A DNA stretch of 64,000 nt from Euryarchaeota archaeon UBA103 (GTDB taxonomy: Archaea; Thermoplasmatota; Poseidoniia; Poseidoniales; Thalassarchaeaceae). The translations under genes and the position numbers were made by a program. The stretch lies in the NCBI GenBank assembly GCA_002506825.1, contig DAYH01000031.1:84049-148048 (forward strand), written 5' to 3'. Numbering within the stretch: position 1 is the stretch's first letter; each line of letters begins with the position of its first letter. The notes beneath the pieces are model-generated. The model ran no database searches and had not been told where the DNA came from. It was given only the letters and a program-made list of their open reading frames with translations. Shown here piece by piece: positions 37,954 through 46,933 of the stretch.

Positions 37954-39267
37954 ATGTCACTAACATTCAAGCATGTATTGACACCGCCCCCCGATATGGC
38001 CTTCCGTGACATGCTGAATGGCGTCCATAACGTACGAGAATCTACTAGCGTTTTGCATGGTATGATTGAAACTTCGAACAAGCTAGGAGATATCCCCTTA
38101 GTATTCAATGACATAAGTGAGGCCCCTGGACATAGAGCGGCTCTAAACGTCTTAGAGAAGTCTAGATTGTGTGAAATGTTTGACATATCTCCAGGAGATT
38201 TGATTGATGTGCTTGCATGGGCCATGGAGAATCCTTCTGAGCCTGAGATTGTAGATTATACTGATGCGCCCGTAATGCAATCTGGCCAGGAAGATGTCGA
38301 TCTGTCAAAAATTCCCATTCCCTGGCACTTTGAGGAAGATGGGGGGAGGTATCAATCAGCATCAATTATTGTTGCACAGTATTCCGGAGTTAGGAATGTA
38401 TCTTTCCATCGTCAATTACTAAGGGACAGTAAACACACTGTTGCTAGGCTCGTTCCAAGGCATCTGAGGACCATCAGCTCTGAAGCTGCAGAGGCAGGAG
38501 ATGATGTTCCGATTGCCGTGGTGAATGGTGCAGATCCCACTGTCCTTCTTGCGGCCGCGATGTCATTCTCCGACTATGTTGATGAGTTAACTGTCGCCTC
38601 ATCCTTACACACGAAGCTTCACGGTACACCTCTGAAAGTCGTAATACTCCCTAACGGGGTCATGGTCCCCGCTAATGCTGAGTATGCTATGGAAGCCAGG
38701 ATAACTACTGAGAGAGATGATGAGGGCCCGTATGTAGATATCACCGGAACCGTGGACGATATTAGGCAGGAGCACGTGATTGAGTACGATTGTGTACACC
38801 ATCGTATTAACCCTATATTCCATGCGCTGATACCTACTGGAATTGAACATAGAACATTAATGGGAATGCCAAGAGCACCTACAATAAAGAATTCAGTATC
38901 CAAGGTAGTTGATTGTGTGGATGTGCACATGACTGATGGGGGATGTGGATGGTTATCCTCGGTGGTTCAAATAATTCCAAAGAATGACGGCGACGGGATG
39001 CTGGCTATTGAGGCGGCTTTCAGGGGCCATCCCTCTATGAAACAGGTTGTAGTGGTTGACAAAGACATAGACATCTCGGATCCAAAAAGGGTGGAGTGGG
39101 CATTGATGACAAGGTGGCAACCAGACAAAGATACCATAATTCTGAGCGGGCAGAGAGGATCCAGTCTCGATCCCAGTAGGACCGAAGACGGAGTGACGAG
39201 TAAAATCGGCATGGACGCCACTCTTACTCCTGGCATGGACAGGTCTCCTTTCGAGTCAGTTTTGTGA
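37954..39267 (+). CDS. UbiD-family prenylated-FMN decarboxylase
   Basis: DGGRY, RNVSFHR, EGPYVDITG, EH..LMG.P, VVVDKDIDI and GSSLDPS..SKIGMDAT motifs. Confidence 0.92.
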   Translation: MSLTFKHVLTPPPDMAFRDMLNGVHNVRESTSVLHGMIETSNKLGDIPLVFNDISEAPGHRAALNVLEKSRLCEMFDISPGDLIDVLAWAMENPSEPEIVDYTDAPVMQSGQEDVDLSKIPIPWHFEEDGGRYQSASIIVAQYSGVRNVSFHRQLLRDSKHTVARLVPRHLRTISSEAAEAGDDVPIAVVNGADPTVLLAAAMSFSDYVDELTVASSLHTKLHGTPLKVVILPNGVMVPANAEYAMEARITTERDDEGPYVDITGTVDDIRQEHVIEYDCVHHRINPIFHALIPTGIEHRTLMGMPRAPTIKNSVSKVVDCVDVHMTDGGCGWLSSVVQIIPKNDGDGMLAIEAAFRGHPSMKQVVVVDKDIDISDPKRVEWALMTRWQPDKDTIILSGQRGSSLDPSRTEDGVTSKIGMDATLTPGMDRSPFESVL

Positions 39268-39274
39268 GGTCATT

Positions 39275-40270
39275 ATGTCGGATTCAGATATTGCAGATAG
39301 TCTGCAGCACCCCCGGAGGAGTCTCGGAGATAGGCATAGAAGTCAAGCTGAGAAGTATCTCAACCTCGCTATAGATGAGGAAGGGAGGTTGATTCAAGAA
39401 CGACTTGTCAATCTAGAGTGGGGAGAGCAAAGTGCTCGACAGGCTGTTCTATACGATTTTACTAATCCTGAGAATTGGAAAGCTCTGGTTAGAGTGAAGA
39501 CCCTCCTTGGCGATTCAGAGGGTATTCGATCTGTTCTAGAAGACTTATTCTCAGTTTTAGGTAGGAAGCCAGAGCAGCTAACTCAACTAGAGGGAGTAGA
39601 TTTTTTGACCTCTGGTTACCGTTTGCTTCTTGCTTCTTTGGAGGCCGACCCACTGGATACTAACCAGTGGTGGAAGATGGTCTCTAATTCTCAGGATGTT
39701 CTCACGGACTTCCTCGATAGGACTAGCAAGCTGGATCTAAGAGACAGGCGGGCGAATACTCTGTTCTCGAGAAGGATAGAAAGAATAAGGGACTCTGGCG
39801 ATGAAGACCAATTTATGCGTTTATCGAAAATTATTTTGGCTCAGAGACCAACTAATCATGAAGCATGGGCATCACTTGGGAGAATGCATGAAAGAAGGGG
39901 TGAATATAGTGATGCATGGCTTTGCTATGACCAAGCTCAGTTGTGCTTCCCGGGGAATCCCGTCAGGGACGAGTTCAAATCTAGGATGGAAGATGAGCTC
40001 GATGGAAATCAAAGAAAGAAGTGGAAGTCACCCGGAATAGAACAGAGAGTTGATTTCCTGAGTAAGATGGAAGATATGGCGGCCCCTGATAATGAGATTG
40101 AAGTCAAGGAGGATCAGATTGCTGAAAATCCAATGGGAGAAGTGGAGGAAATGATCAATGAAGGGAGGCTGTCTAAAGCTTTCTTCATGACGAGAAGAAT
40201 GGCCGCCCGAGGAATTGAGGGGGCACTTGAAATTAATGAAGAATTGCGGAAAAAAATGGAGGGAGAGTGA
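39275..40270 (+). CDS. TPR-containing hypothetical protein
   Basis: Clear TPR (AWASLGRMHERRGEYSDAWLCYDQA..P); all-helical composition. Confidence 0.75.
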   Translation: MSDSDIADSLQHPRRSLGDRHRSQAEKYLNLAIDEEGRLIQERLVNLEWGEQSARQAVLYDFTNPENWKALVRVKTLLGDSEGIRSVLEDLFSVLGRKPEQLTQLEGVDFLTSGYRLLLASLEADPLDTNQWWKMVSNSQDVLTDFLDRTSKLDLRDRRANTLFSRRIERIRDSGDEDQFMRLSKIILAQRPTNHEAWASLGRMHERRGEYSDAWLCYDQAQLCFPGNPVRDEFKSRMEDELDGNQRKKWKSPGIEQRVDFLSKMEDMAAPDNEIEVKEDQIAENPMGEVEEMINEGRLSKAFFMTRRMAARGIEGALEINEELRKKMEGE

Positions 40271-40662
40271 TGTTTGTATTGTGTTGGACATATTCCAGTA
40301 AAGGAGAGGAGTCGGGCAATCCCTGGATTATGGTATTGCACAAAGAGAGAGGTTGGGAGCTTCCCGGCGGGGAGGTCCATGACGAAGAAGAATGGGACGT
40401 TGCGGCCTTGAGAGAACTCTATGAGGAAACTGGATTACTGGGAACTGCGATATCTTACGAGGAGGATCTAGTAGATGGCGGCGTGGTTGTTCTCATAGAA
40501 GTGAATGATGTTCCATTTCCAGAGCCTTGGGGATCTAATGATGGTTCTATTGAGGAAGTTGGATGGTGTGTAGAAGTTCCATCTAGGCTTTCTTGGGATG
40601 AAGGAGAGATTATCAAGATCAAGAATCACGATTGGAATTCTTCCAAAAGATTGGGGTCCTGA
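40267..40662 (+). CDS. Nudix hydrolase
   Basis: Nudix box GGEVHDEEEWDVAALRELYEETG. Confidence 0.88.
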   Translation: MMFVLCWTYSSKGEESGNPWIMVLHKERGWELPGGEVHDEEEWDVAALRELYEETGLLGTAISYEEDLVDGGVVVLIEVNDVPFPEPWGSNDGSIEEVGWCVEVPSRLSWDEGEIIKIKNHDWNSSKRLGS

Positions 40663-41474
40663 ATCTCCCCCTTCCTTGATTCTAGGGCATCCCTCCATAC
40701 ACGTCTATCTATTTTCTCGGACGCCTCAATAATTAATCCAATGTCTATTCTCGACGAACCTGACAAATCGTGGGTTAAAATTGGGAATAGGTAATCTACG
40801 ACCGAGGCGATATCATCGGGATTGGAGGGAGTGGTGGTATTGCCGGGCCCCTGACGGGGTTTTGCATCATCAATTATTGAGGCCATGGTTGGGGAGTCTT
40901 TACTAATATCATCAAGGGCCAAATCAAGCCATTCCAAGGATGTGGCTATTGACTCTGGAACCATCTCTAATTCCATGAATCCCAATCTTGCCGACCATAG
41001 GTGCCTCATAGCGGGACCGTAGTCACTCATTGAGCTGAGGATTCTGCCAACCTCTAATCTAGATAGTGAATTTATGTCCAGAGGATGTCCATTATTGATT
41101 GAAATTTCAGAATGTGTGGCTAAGGACATCATTAACTCACCTCTGTTCGCATGCCACGTAGCTAGATTTAGCAAAGCAAGTCCGTGTACGGAAGATCCGC
41201 TGGATATGGCATTCAATCTGTCTACGCACCACCTTAGTTCGGATCCAATTTCCTCCTCCTTTACCGCTCCGATAAGTGCCCTCTCTAACCTGACTCTGGC
41301 CTCAATATCGTGATTTCTTTCTGAAGGTGATCTAGATCTCTCCAAAAGCGAGTCTGAGATTTCCATAGCATCGCTTGTCTTACCTTCAGAGAGTAAATCG
41401 AGCATGAACTTTAGATCATCGCCGAGTTCATTTTGTTCGGATTCTATTCCTGACATAATCTCACTGCGATTCAT
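40626..41474 (-). CDS. Hypothetical alpha-helical (TPR-like) protein
   Basis: 282 aa ORF overlapping the end of the prefoldin gene, co-oriented with the superoperon. Confidence 0.7.
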   Translation of the reverse strand: MNRSEIMSGIESEQNELGDDLKFMLDLLSEGKTSDAMEISDSLLERSRSPSERNHDIEARVRLERALIGAVKEEEIGSELRWCVDRLNAISSGSSVHGLALLNLATWHANRGELMMSLATHSEISINNGHPLDINSLSRLEVGRILSSMSDYGPAMRHLWSARLGFMELEMVPESIATSLEWLDLALDDISKDSPTMASIIDDAKPRQGPGNTTTPSNPDDIASVVDYLFPILTHDLSGSSRIDIGLIIEASEKIDRRVWRDALESRKGEIQDPNLLEEFQS

Positions 41475-41784
41475 AGGCCCTAACTAGGCCATCATATTTT
41501 TCTCTGAGCTCTTTCTCTTTGGAGGATAGCCTATCCATGTGCTCTTGAAATGAGTTCATGGCTAGTGCTAGGTCATTCTTCAGTGATTCTCTGTCTTCGA
41601 CCTCGAGAAGGAGGCTTCCAATTGCTCTGTAAACTGGCTTAGAGGGATGCTGACTAGATAGTGCGTCGATTGTTATCGTCAATTCGCTTAGTTGAGTGGT
41701 GACATTTTGCATCTGGGCCAGAGTGGCCTGTAACTCTTGGGCTACCGCTTTCAAGGTCTCTGCGATGTCATTATTTGCGTTCAT
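41461..41784 (-). CDS. pfdB: Prefoldin beta subunit
   Basis: Coiled coils around the VYRAIGSLLLE hairpin; conserved position after pcc1. Confidence 0.88.
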   Translation of the reverse strand: MNANNDIAETLKAVAQELQATLAQMQNVTTQLSELTITIDALSSQHPSKPVYRAIGSLLLEVEDRESLKNDLALAMNSFQEHMDRLSSKEKELREKYDGLVRAYESQ

Positions 41785-41785
41785 A

Positions 41786-42028
41786 CTAGTCACCTGATTC
41801 TCTGATTGCATTCAAAGCTTGCTCAGAGGCGATTATCCCTCTCATTGTGGAATTCCATATGGCCCTTGTATCTGAGAAATTACTCGCAGTTATTGAAATA
41901 GAGATTTTTCCATTATTCTCGGTAAAGTCTGATTCGGTTTTCAGTCCGCTGGCTATGTGCTCCGCTTCAGCATGTAGAAAATTGAGAGATAGAGAGATTG
42001 TTCTCTCATTCTTCCTCTGAGTCGGCAA
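41786..42028 (-). CDS. pcc1: KEOPS subunit Pcc1
   Basis: 80 aa ORF with I.ITASNFSDTRAIWNS.MR, resembling the Pcc1 A.D...LRA..NS motif; syntenic position between rpl37ae and pfdB; TTG start uncertain. Confidence 0.7.
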   Translation of the reverse strand: MPTQRKNERTISLSLNFLHAEAEHIASGLKTESDFTENNGKISISITASNFSDTRAIWNSTMRGIIASEQALNAIRESGD

Positions 42029-42374
42029 TTTCGTCTGCCTCCGCTAATTTTCTCTCAAAGTCAACTGCAGCTTGTTGAGCGATGACAGCCATATCGGTGG
42101 CTGTAGCACCTTCCATTGATCTCCTGACTACCCTGTTGTTAGCGTCAGATGCTCTCGTGAAAGGCTCCCAAACTCCGCCAGAGAAGGTATAATCGCACTT
42201 TTTGCAATGCCAAATGCCAGCTGACTTCCTTCTTACTTTGACATAATGACATTTTGGACAGGTGTATAACTTTGATTTCTTCTTTATGGCTGAACCAGCT
42301 CTCCTTCTAACGCTAACTCCGTACCGTGATCCGAAACGTGCTGTAAGACCTGCTTTCTGTGTTCTCTTTGCCAT
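42006..42374 (-). CDS. rpl37ae: 50S ribosomal protein eL43 (L37Ae) with C-terminal extension
   Basis: RFGSRYG, CPKC and GIWHCKKC..F.GG motifs. Confidence 0.95.
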   Translation of the reverse strand: MAKRTQKAGLTARFGSRYGVSVRRRAGSAIKKKSKLYTCPKCHYVKVRRKSAGIWHCKKCDYTFSGGVWEPFTRASDANNRVVRRSMEGATATDMAVIAQQAAVDFERKLAEADEIADSEEE

Positions 42375-42386
42375 CCAAATCACCTA

Positions 42387-43160
42387 TCAGTCTACAATTT
42401 CTCTTAATTCGGCACACCTAGCTTTGGCGTGCTCCATTATCTCTTCAAACTCGTCTGCCGTGAAGATTCCCTTTAGACCCTTCTGGAGAGAGTGTACATG
42501 ATCATCGTCACCTAGGGTGATATGAATTCTCTCGTCGCCTCCAAGTTCTTCCCTGTACGAAGCATCGTACACAAACCTGCCACCCACCTTGTGATAAGAG
42601 CACATTATTGGCTTTTTAGAGACTTTTAGAGGTGAGTCTTCGCCTACTTCGAACCGTTCTGCAGGAATTATGGCGCTCCTTAGGGCCGCGATACCTGCTA
42701 ATGCGAATGCGTCGAAAAGATTTCCGTCATCGGATATGGCATGAAGGTCCAAGATGACTTGCCATGCCTTTTCTCCGGGTATGATGCATAGATCGTCAAC
42801 ATCGATACATCCAGATTCTCTAATTCCACGATCTACCACTCTTCCAAGCTCTATTGCTTCGGGACTGGGTGGGCCTGCCTCCCAATGCCTTCCCGCTATT
42901 GGCCTTACTTCGCAGGAACACATTAGTCCTCCCTGGTTTGGCCTGTCTGGATATGGCGTCATTAGCTGAAACTTTACTCCGGCCAATACTATGGTATTAC
43001 CCATGGTGACCTTTGCGGACCCCTCAGCTCTTGGTAGGATTCCGGTCTCTAGCTTGAGATCTCTTCCTTCGAATTGATCTCTTCCATCTAATCTTGAGTC
43101 ATTTAGAGCGAGATCTGTGAGGTGGTCCCTGAGTAGGTTGGGAACTGTGGGGGCTGACAT
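42387..43160 (-). CDS. rrp42: Exosome complex component Rrp42
   Basis: RLDGR, AEGSA, PYPDRP, ELGRVVDRGIRES and DGNLFDA motifs. Confidence 0.95.
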   Translation of the reverse strand: MSAPTVPNLLRDHLTDLALNDSRLDGRDQFEGRDLKLETGILPRAEGSAKVTMGNTIVLAGVKFQLMTPYPDRPNQGGLMCSCEVRPIAGRHWEAGPPSPEAIELGRVVDRGIRESGCIDVDDLCIIPGEKAWQVILDLHAISDDGNLFDAFALAGIAALRSAIIPAERFEVGEDSPLKVSKKPIMCSYHKVGGRFVYDASYREELGGDERIHITLGDDDHVHSLQKGLKGIFTADEFEEIMEHAKARCAELREIVD

Positions 43161-43876
43161 CAGTTATCCCCTCCCTTGAGTGCTTCTACCATGAGTTTGT
43201 GAACCTCCATAGCCGCATCTACGTTGTAGTCCCAAGCTTGCTTGAATTCAGCGGGAGATAAATCGCCATCCATTTGGAGGAAGACTAGCTCACCTGTATT
43301 GGGAAGTACACCCATTGGAAGATCCGCCTCACCGTAGTTATCTTCCTCTTTGTTTAAGTCGCACACTACGACATCGTTAATCTTACCACTCGCTACACTG
43401 ACTACCATATCTGTCATTGGAATGCCTGCATCGGCGAGAGCGACCGAGGCCGCAGTAAGCCCGACACACCTGGTTCCAGCTTCCGCGGAGACTATTTCGA
43501 TGCTTACCCTTATCTTGGACCTAGGATATAGCTCTAGAAGGACTACGCTCTCCAACGCGTCCTTTGTTACTTTGCTAATCTCCCTGCTCCTACGATTGAA
43601 GCCCGGTCTGATCCTATCTGTCGTGGAAAAGGGTGCCATGTTGTATGCAACATCGATGACTGCCCTATCTTGTCGTTGGATCTTCCTTGGGTGTGCCTCC
43701 ATTGGCCCGTAAACTGCAACTATGGCCTCGTTGGTCCCCCACGTCATTCTGCAAGAGCCGTCAGCTACAGGAATTACGCCTGTTTCGATTGTTATGGGCC
43801 TGACATCACCTGGCTTTCTGCCATCCATCCTCAGTCCGTTTTCATCTATCATCTGAACATCTCCGTAACCACCCAT
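43160..43876 (-). CDS. rrp41: Exosome complex exonuclease Rrp41
   Basis: RMDGRK, YNMAPFST, RRSREIS, AGTR and DLNKEEDNYGEAD motifs. Confidence 0.96.
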   Translation of the reverse strand: MGGYGDVQMIDENGLRMDGRKPGDVRPITIETGVIPVADGSCRMTWGTNEAIVAVYGPMEAHPRKIQRQDRAVIDVAYNMAPFSTTDRIRPGFNRRSREISKVTKDALESVVLLELYPRSKIRVSIEIVSAEAGTRCVGLTAASVALADAGIPMTDMVVSVASGKINDVVVCDLNKEEDNYGEADLPMGVLPNTGELVFLQMDGDLSPAEFKQAWDYNVDAAMEVHKLMVEALKGGDN

Positions 43877-44595
43877 TATGCATCAACTCCTATCATTCTG
43901 GCCTCTGAAGATATACTATTAATCTTCTTTCTGACCTCTAATATATTCTCAAGCTCCCCATCAATCCAGAGACGCCCATTGTCAGCAACGACTATCCTGC
44001 AGTCTGTCTGCATCTTCATTTCCCTAAGGAAGGCGCCTCCTTTGCCTATGAGCTTGCCTAAGAGATGCGGATCTAATTCATCCAAAGCGCCTGAGCGGAT
44101 CTTTCTGAGTCCCATTCCCTTCATTGTCACAACGCTTTGGTGAGTCTCTTCGACCTCTTGGACCCTGCATAGAATGGAGTCGCCTATGTCTAGAATTTTC
44201 CTGGTTCCTCCGAACTCGACCTTGGCTGGCCCGAGGCTCATTGGGAGTATTGAGTTGAATGGGGCACCTATGTCTACAAACCATATATTGTTCGTGCATC
44301 CCTCTATATGCCCTATTACCAGATCTCCTGGCCTGGGCATGTATCTCGTGTGCAGTGGACTAACTGAAATTGTGTTTCCCTTTCTGCTCATTCTTCCTTG
44401 TTTCGTTGAAATGACTCTGTCACCGACGACTAAAACGCCATGTCCAGCTTCAATCCCCTCTGATGATCCAAGGTCCTCCCCTGGTACGACGACGAGGGTG
44501 CGTCGTGTGTCTCGCGGTCCGTCCGCGCTGCTCTCAATACTCATGTTATCGGGCTGCCCGACCGGCCTACTATTCATAACCGTTGATGTCGACAC
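43876..44595 (-). CDS. rrp4: Exosome RNA-binding cap protein Rrp4
   Basis: VVPGE, Y.PRPGDLVIG (S1 domain), LIGKGG (KH domain) and NGRLWI. Confidence 0.93.
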   Translation of the reverse strand: MSTSTVMNSRPVGQPDNMSIESSADGPRDTRRTLVVVPGEDLGSSEGIEAGHGVLVVGDRVISTKQGRMSRKGNTISVSPLHTRYMPRPGDLVIGHIEGCTNNIWFVDIGAPFNSILPMSLGPAKVEFGGTRKILDIGDSILCRVQEVEETHQSVVTMKGMGLRKIRSGALDELDPHLLGKLIGKGGAFLREMKMQTDCRIVVADNGRLWIDGELENILEVRKKINSISSEARMIGVDA

Positions 44596-44608
44596 CTACG
44601 GTGGGAAG

Positions 44609-45298
44609 TCAGTCAAGCTCCTTGACTTCAGCCTCTGATGCCCTACTTGCGACTTTACTGATTAGATCATTCTTCATCCCACCCGGGACCTCTACCACAC
44701 AGGCCCACGTCCCATCAGTGAGCCATTCTTGACGTGTTACTAGGTCTCGAAGGATTTGATTGACAGCCCCGTATGAGGACCCGGGAATCTTGAAAGCTAG
44801 GCGCATGGTGATGAATTGGAGGGGAATTAGTGGCTTCAGTACCTTTACCGCATCTGAAACCTGACTCTCGAGGGATTTGAACGGGTCGACAGAGAAGCGA
44901 GCCTCTTCAAGAGCGTTCTCTATCCTAGTTCTGGGATGTGGCATCCTAGTTTTGGGATCGGTAGCAGTGGTCGCTATCTCGTTTATGATCTGAAGTTTCT
45001 TCTCTTCGACCATTTTCTTTCTCTGGGCGGTTGTTAGTTGGATAGACCCCTTTCTCAAAATAATTTCTACACAGTGTTGTAGGTCGTTACTTCCGAAAAC
45101 GCTTTCCAGAGCATCGGATGTGGGCCTCTCACCGTTTCTTGAGTCCGTCCAAACCTCATTGACCGCCAGAAGTTCATCCAAATCCACAGATGAAGGATCT
45201 TCTTTCCATGTATCTACTAGATCCGGATCCACCAGAATCTCATATCTTGAACCGCCCTTTTCGAGTCTAGCAATTACTGCATCATCAAGACTAACCAT
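44609..45298 (-). CDS. Ribosome maturation protein SBDS/Sdo1
   Basis: MVSLDDAVIARL, YEILVDP, GSIQLT and DPKTRMPHP..RIE motifs. Confidence 0.95.
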   Translation of the reverse strand: MVSLDDAVIARLEKGGSRYEILVDPDLVDTWKEDPSSVDLDELLAVNEVWTDSRNGERPTSDALESVFGSNDLQHCVEIILRKGSIQLTTAQRKKMVEEKKLQIINEIATTATDPKTRMPHPRTRIENALEEARFSVDPFKSLESQVSDAVKVLKPLIPLQFITMRLAFKIPGSSYGAVNQILRDLVTRQEWLTDGTWACVVEVPGGMKNDLISKVASRASEAEVKELD

Positions 45299-45349
45299 GT
45301 AAGTCGTAGATGCTACAAGCATAAGGACATAGTGGAGTTATTTGCATTT

Positions 45350-46057
45350 CTAGAGTTTTGAAATGTGCTTCTCCAGTTCTGGAGCGGCGAGTTCTCTGTA
45401 TCCCTCGGAGTTGATAACGCAGATTTCTACAGATTCCTCCGATAGCCCATCTTCAAAGGTCCGTGAAAGTGCCTCTAATCCAATTTTGATGGCCGCATTT
45501 TCGGTCATTCCTGACTTCCATTTATCCTCGAAGTAGGAAATAACCTCACTTCGACCGCTTCCAATAGCTCCGGCCTGATATGAGCCATACGCTCCAGAAG
45601 GATCTGTTTCGTAAAGATGTGGTCCCTCAGAATCGACCCCTGCTATCAACAATGCAGTACCGAAAGGCCTGGCGCCCCCGTACTGTGTGAATGACTGCTT
45701 GTAGTCACACATTTTCTTGACTAAGGTCGTCACATCGATGGAGTCTCCATATGTCATCTTATTAATTTGGCATTGCACCCTGGCCCTATCGACCAATTGT
45801 CTTGCATCGGCAACCAAACCAGAAGTTGTAATTCCGATATGATCGTCAATCTTGTACATTTTCTCTATTGACTCTGGGATTACTAACTTGCTAGGTATTC
45901 TCTTAGCTACTATCAGTATGACCCCGTCTCTGAATTTTACCCCCACGGTGGTAGACCCTCTCTTCACCGATTCACGAGCATACTCAACTTGGTGAAGTCG
46001 TCCATCTGGTGAGAAAGTTCCTACTGAAGAATCGTATCCGCGTCCGCTCGGTTGCAT
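45350..46057 (-). CDS. psmA: Proteasome subunit alpha
   Basis: GYD...TFSPDGRLHQVEYA, SGLVADAR, RPFG and TDPSG motifs. Confidence 0.97.
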   Translation of the reverse strand: MQPSGRGYDSSVGTFSPDGRLHQVEYARESVKRGSTTVGVKFRDGVILIVAKRIPSKLVIPESIEKMYKIDDHIGITTSGLVADARQLVDRARVQCQINKMTYGDSIDVTTLVKKMCDYKQSFTQYGGARPFGTALLIAGVDSEGPHLYETDPSGAYGSYQAGAIGSGRSEVISYFEDKWKSGMTENAAIKIGLEALSRTFEDGLSEESVEICVINSEGYRELAAPELEKHISKL

Positions 46058-46156
46058 CGTAATCAACACTCATGCATCAACGGCCTCTTATCAAGGTTGG
46101 TTGCAAAGAACGTCTTCCTTCGTTGCATTCAAGCGGAATGGTTGGTTCGTGGATGC

Positions 46157-46909
46157 ATGCGTGTAGCTGTGTTGTGCTCTGGAGGGAAGGACTCGACATA
46201 TGCCACTTGGTGGTCAATAATGAGAGGTTGGGATGTTAGAGCATTAGTGACTCTTTGTGTCACTGGGGACGATTCGATGATGTTTCAGACGGGAGGAGTC
46301 TGTGTAGCAGGCCTTCAGTCAGCTTCCTCCGAAATTCCATGGCTTCCGATTATCAGTGATGGCATTGAAGAAGAGGAAGTGCTAGATTTACAGAGGGGGT
46401 TATCTGGCGAAACAGAGCCTGCAAAAGATTTCATGTCATTCTGGCCAGATAATTGGGACAGTGAAGGCATAGTATTGCATGAAGGTAAGCTAGAAATTGA
46501 CGCCCTGGTCTCAGGTGCGCTCAGATCTGACTATCAGAGAACAAGGATCGAGAGAATGTGCTCTCGTCTAGGAATCAAATCGTTCTCTCCGTTATGGCAC
46601 CATGACCCTGATGATCACATCAGATCATTGCCAAGTCACGGTTTCGATGTCAGGCTTTCCTCCGTCTCGTCGGATGGCCTCGATAGTAAGTGGCTAGGTA
46701 GAAAATTAGGATTTTCAGAGGTGGAAGAGCTGATTGGCGTTTCATCTGAATTTAGATTCAATGCAGATGGCGAGGGCGGGGAATATGAAACTCTAGTTCT
46801 TGACTCTCCGCATATGAAAAGAAGGATTGTTCTGGAAGGGGAAATGTCTTGGGAAAGGGACAGGGGGAGCTGGAATATCTCCTCGGGGCGTTTGTCTTCT
46901 AATCGCTAG
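46157..46909 (+). CDS. dph6: Diphthine--ammonia ligase (Dph6 family PP-loop ATPase)
   Basis: SGGKDS, SMMFQ, GALRSDYQ, SPLW and GEGGEYETLV motifs. Confidence 0.88.
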   Translation: MRVAVLCSGGKDSTYATWWSIMRGWDVRALVTLCVTGDDSMMFQTGGVCVAGLQSASSEIPWLPIISDGIEEEEVLDLQRGLSGETEPAKDFMSFWPDNWDSEGIVLHEGKLEIDALVSGALRSDYQRTRIERMCSRLGIKSFSPLWHHDPDDHIRSLPSHGFDVRLSSVSSDGLDSKWLGRKLGFSEVEELIGVSSEFRFNADGEGGEYETLVLDSPHMKRRIVLEGEMSWERDRGSWNISSGRLSSNR

Positions 46910-46933
46910 ACTCAAACCGGAGGTGCCAGTCGC

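Noticed and set aside
41786-42028. Frameshift or pseudogene at the pcc1 5' end (an out-of-frame ATG overlaps the rpl37ae stop in a GA repeat)
   Set aside because: An in-frame TTG at 42028 gives an intact 80 aa Pcc1-sized protein, so a frameshift is not needed. Read-level data would be required to claim one.
41461-46057. Proteasome-exosome-eL43-Pcc1-prefoldin cluster as a novel system
   Set aside because: This is the well-known conserved archaeal superoperon.
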